DNA from: an uncultured Acidimicrobiaceae bacterium
GTDB taxonomy: Bacteria; Actinomycetota; Acidimicrobiia; Acidimicrobiales; RAAP-2
Assembly: GCA_963829235.1 (NCBI GenBank)
Contig: CAWHIF010000007.1
Span: 67,723-131,722, forward strand
Direction: 5' to 3'
Length of the DNA: 64,000 bases
Below, piece after piece: positions 63,536 through 64,000 of this stretch. The position numbers and the translations under genes were made by a program. The notes beneath the pieces were generated by a model that saw only the letters and a list, made by a program, of their open reading frames with translations, ran no database searches and was not told where the DNA came from. Positions within the stretch are counted from its first letter, which is position 1. Each line of letters begins with the position of its first letter.

Positions 63536-64000
63536 CTACTTCGAGGTCATCACCCAGATACCGTTCCAGTCGGCAGGGGGGTTCTCCTTCAGGGCAAGGC
63601 ACCGATCGATGTACGTCTCTGCGAGGGTGTCGTCAGGATTCGCCCGGAGCGTCTCACGAAACGCATTGACAGCGTTCTCCCAGTTGCCGCTTCGGTACTT
63701 CTCGATCCCGTCCCGGAAGTGGTTCACCGCGTCCATCAGGTTCGGGAACGTCTCCGGGGTGTGGTAGTCGAGGACCTCGTACACACCCACGGGCTGGGTC
63801 TTGCCCTTGACCACCACGTGGTCGACTTCGCGTGTCCGGTATACCCCATTGAGCTGCCCCAGGGTGTACTCGCTGATGAGGATCCGTGCGCTGTACTGCT
63901 TGCAGGCGCTCTCCAGCCGCGAACGCGAGGTTCACGCCGTCGCCGATCATGGTGAAGTCCATGCGCTTTGGACTCCCGATATTGCCAGCGACCACGGTCC
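63536..64000 (-). pseudogene. class III adenylate/guanylate cyclase (3' part; window-truncated) with a 1-nt frameshift in the catalytic motif
   Basis: VVAGNIGSPKRMDFTMIGDGVNLA (frame of ORF 63654..63995) should continue SRLESACKQYSARILISEYTLGQLNGVYRTREVDHVVVKGKTQPVGVYEVLDYH... (frame of ORF 63536..63817). An extra base at AA 63922-23 turns ctcgcgtcgcgg into ctcgcgttcgcgg. The C-terminal tail is TPR-like and ends at the stop at 63536-38. Confidence 0.8.

Overview
All calls come from reading the sequence and the ORF track by eye. No searches or computations were run. The window looks like high-G+C (roughly two-thirds by eye) Actinomycetota-type chromosomal DNA. It holds about 60 protein genes on both strands, and many neighbours share ATGA, GTGA or TGATG stop/start overlaps. 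I recognised no rRNA, tRNA, CRISPR array, transposase or integrase. Many long ORFs in the track are antisense artefacts of the high G+C content.

Gene blocks:
- 1-10.5 kb: small enzymes (Nudix, methyltransferases, EthD, patatin), a GtrA/FkbM pair, and a cobalamin-riboswitch-like leader in front of a secreted alpha/alpha-toroid protein.
- 10.5-15.7 kb: GntR/DUF1003, a GGDEF cyclase, and redox and thioesterase genes.
- 15.8-19.9 kb: GH1 beta-glucosidase with xylA-xylB.
- 19.9-20.9 kb: about 1 kb of hairpin-rich DNA with no convincing ORF.
- 20.9-38.6 kb: a cell-envelope and secretome island. It contains two STAS/anti-sigma modules around a SigB/F-type sigma factor, a 1266-aa beta-helix surface protein, an ECF sigma with its anti-sigma partner, two convergent LCP paralogues, an S53 peptidase and a triple-repeat secreted protein.
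- 39-50.6 kb: MFS and ABC-2 exporters, a lower-GC islet, a UvrD-type helicase and a TetR-MFS pair.
- 50.7-56.5 kb: an HTH/Clp_N pair behind a consensus promoter, then a MoxR-DUF58-membrane protein operon.
- 57-64 kb: CoA-transferase, chorismate mutase, a secreted glycosidase-like protein, an orphan solute-binding lipoprotein, a tandem wHTH protein and a class III cyclase.

The most interesting items:
- the B12-riboswitch-like element paired with a transcobalamin-fold-like secreted protein
- the structured non-coding kilobase after xylB
- the dual partner-switching locus with a degenerate anti-sigma kinase and a SigB/F-type promoter facing the giant surface protein
- an unusually high density of frameshifted or relic genes
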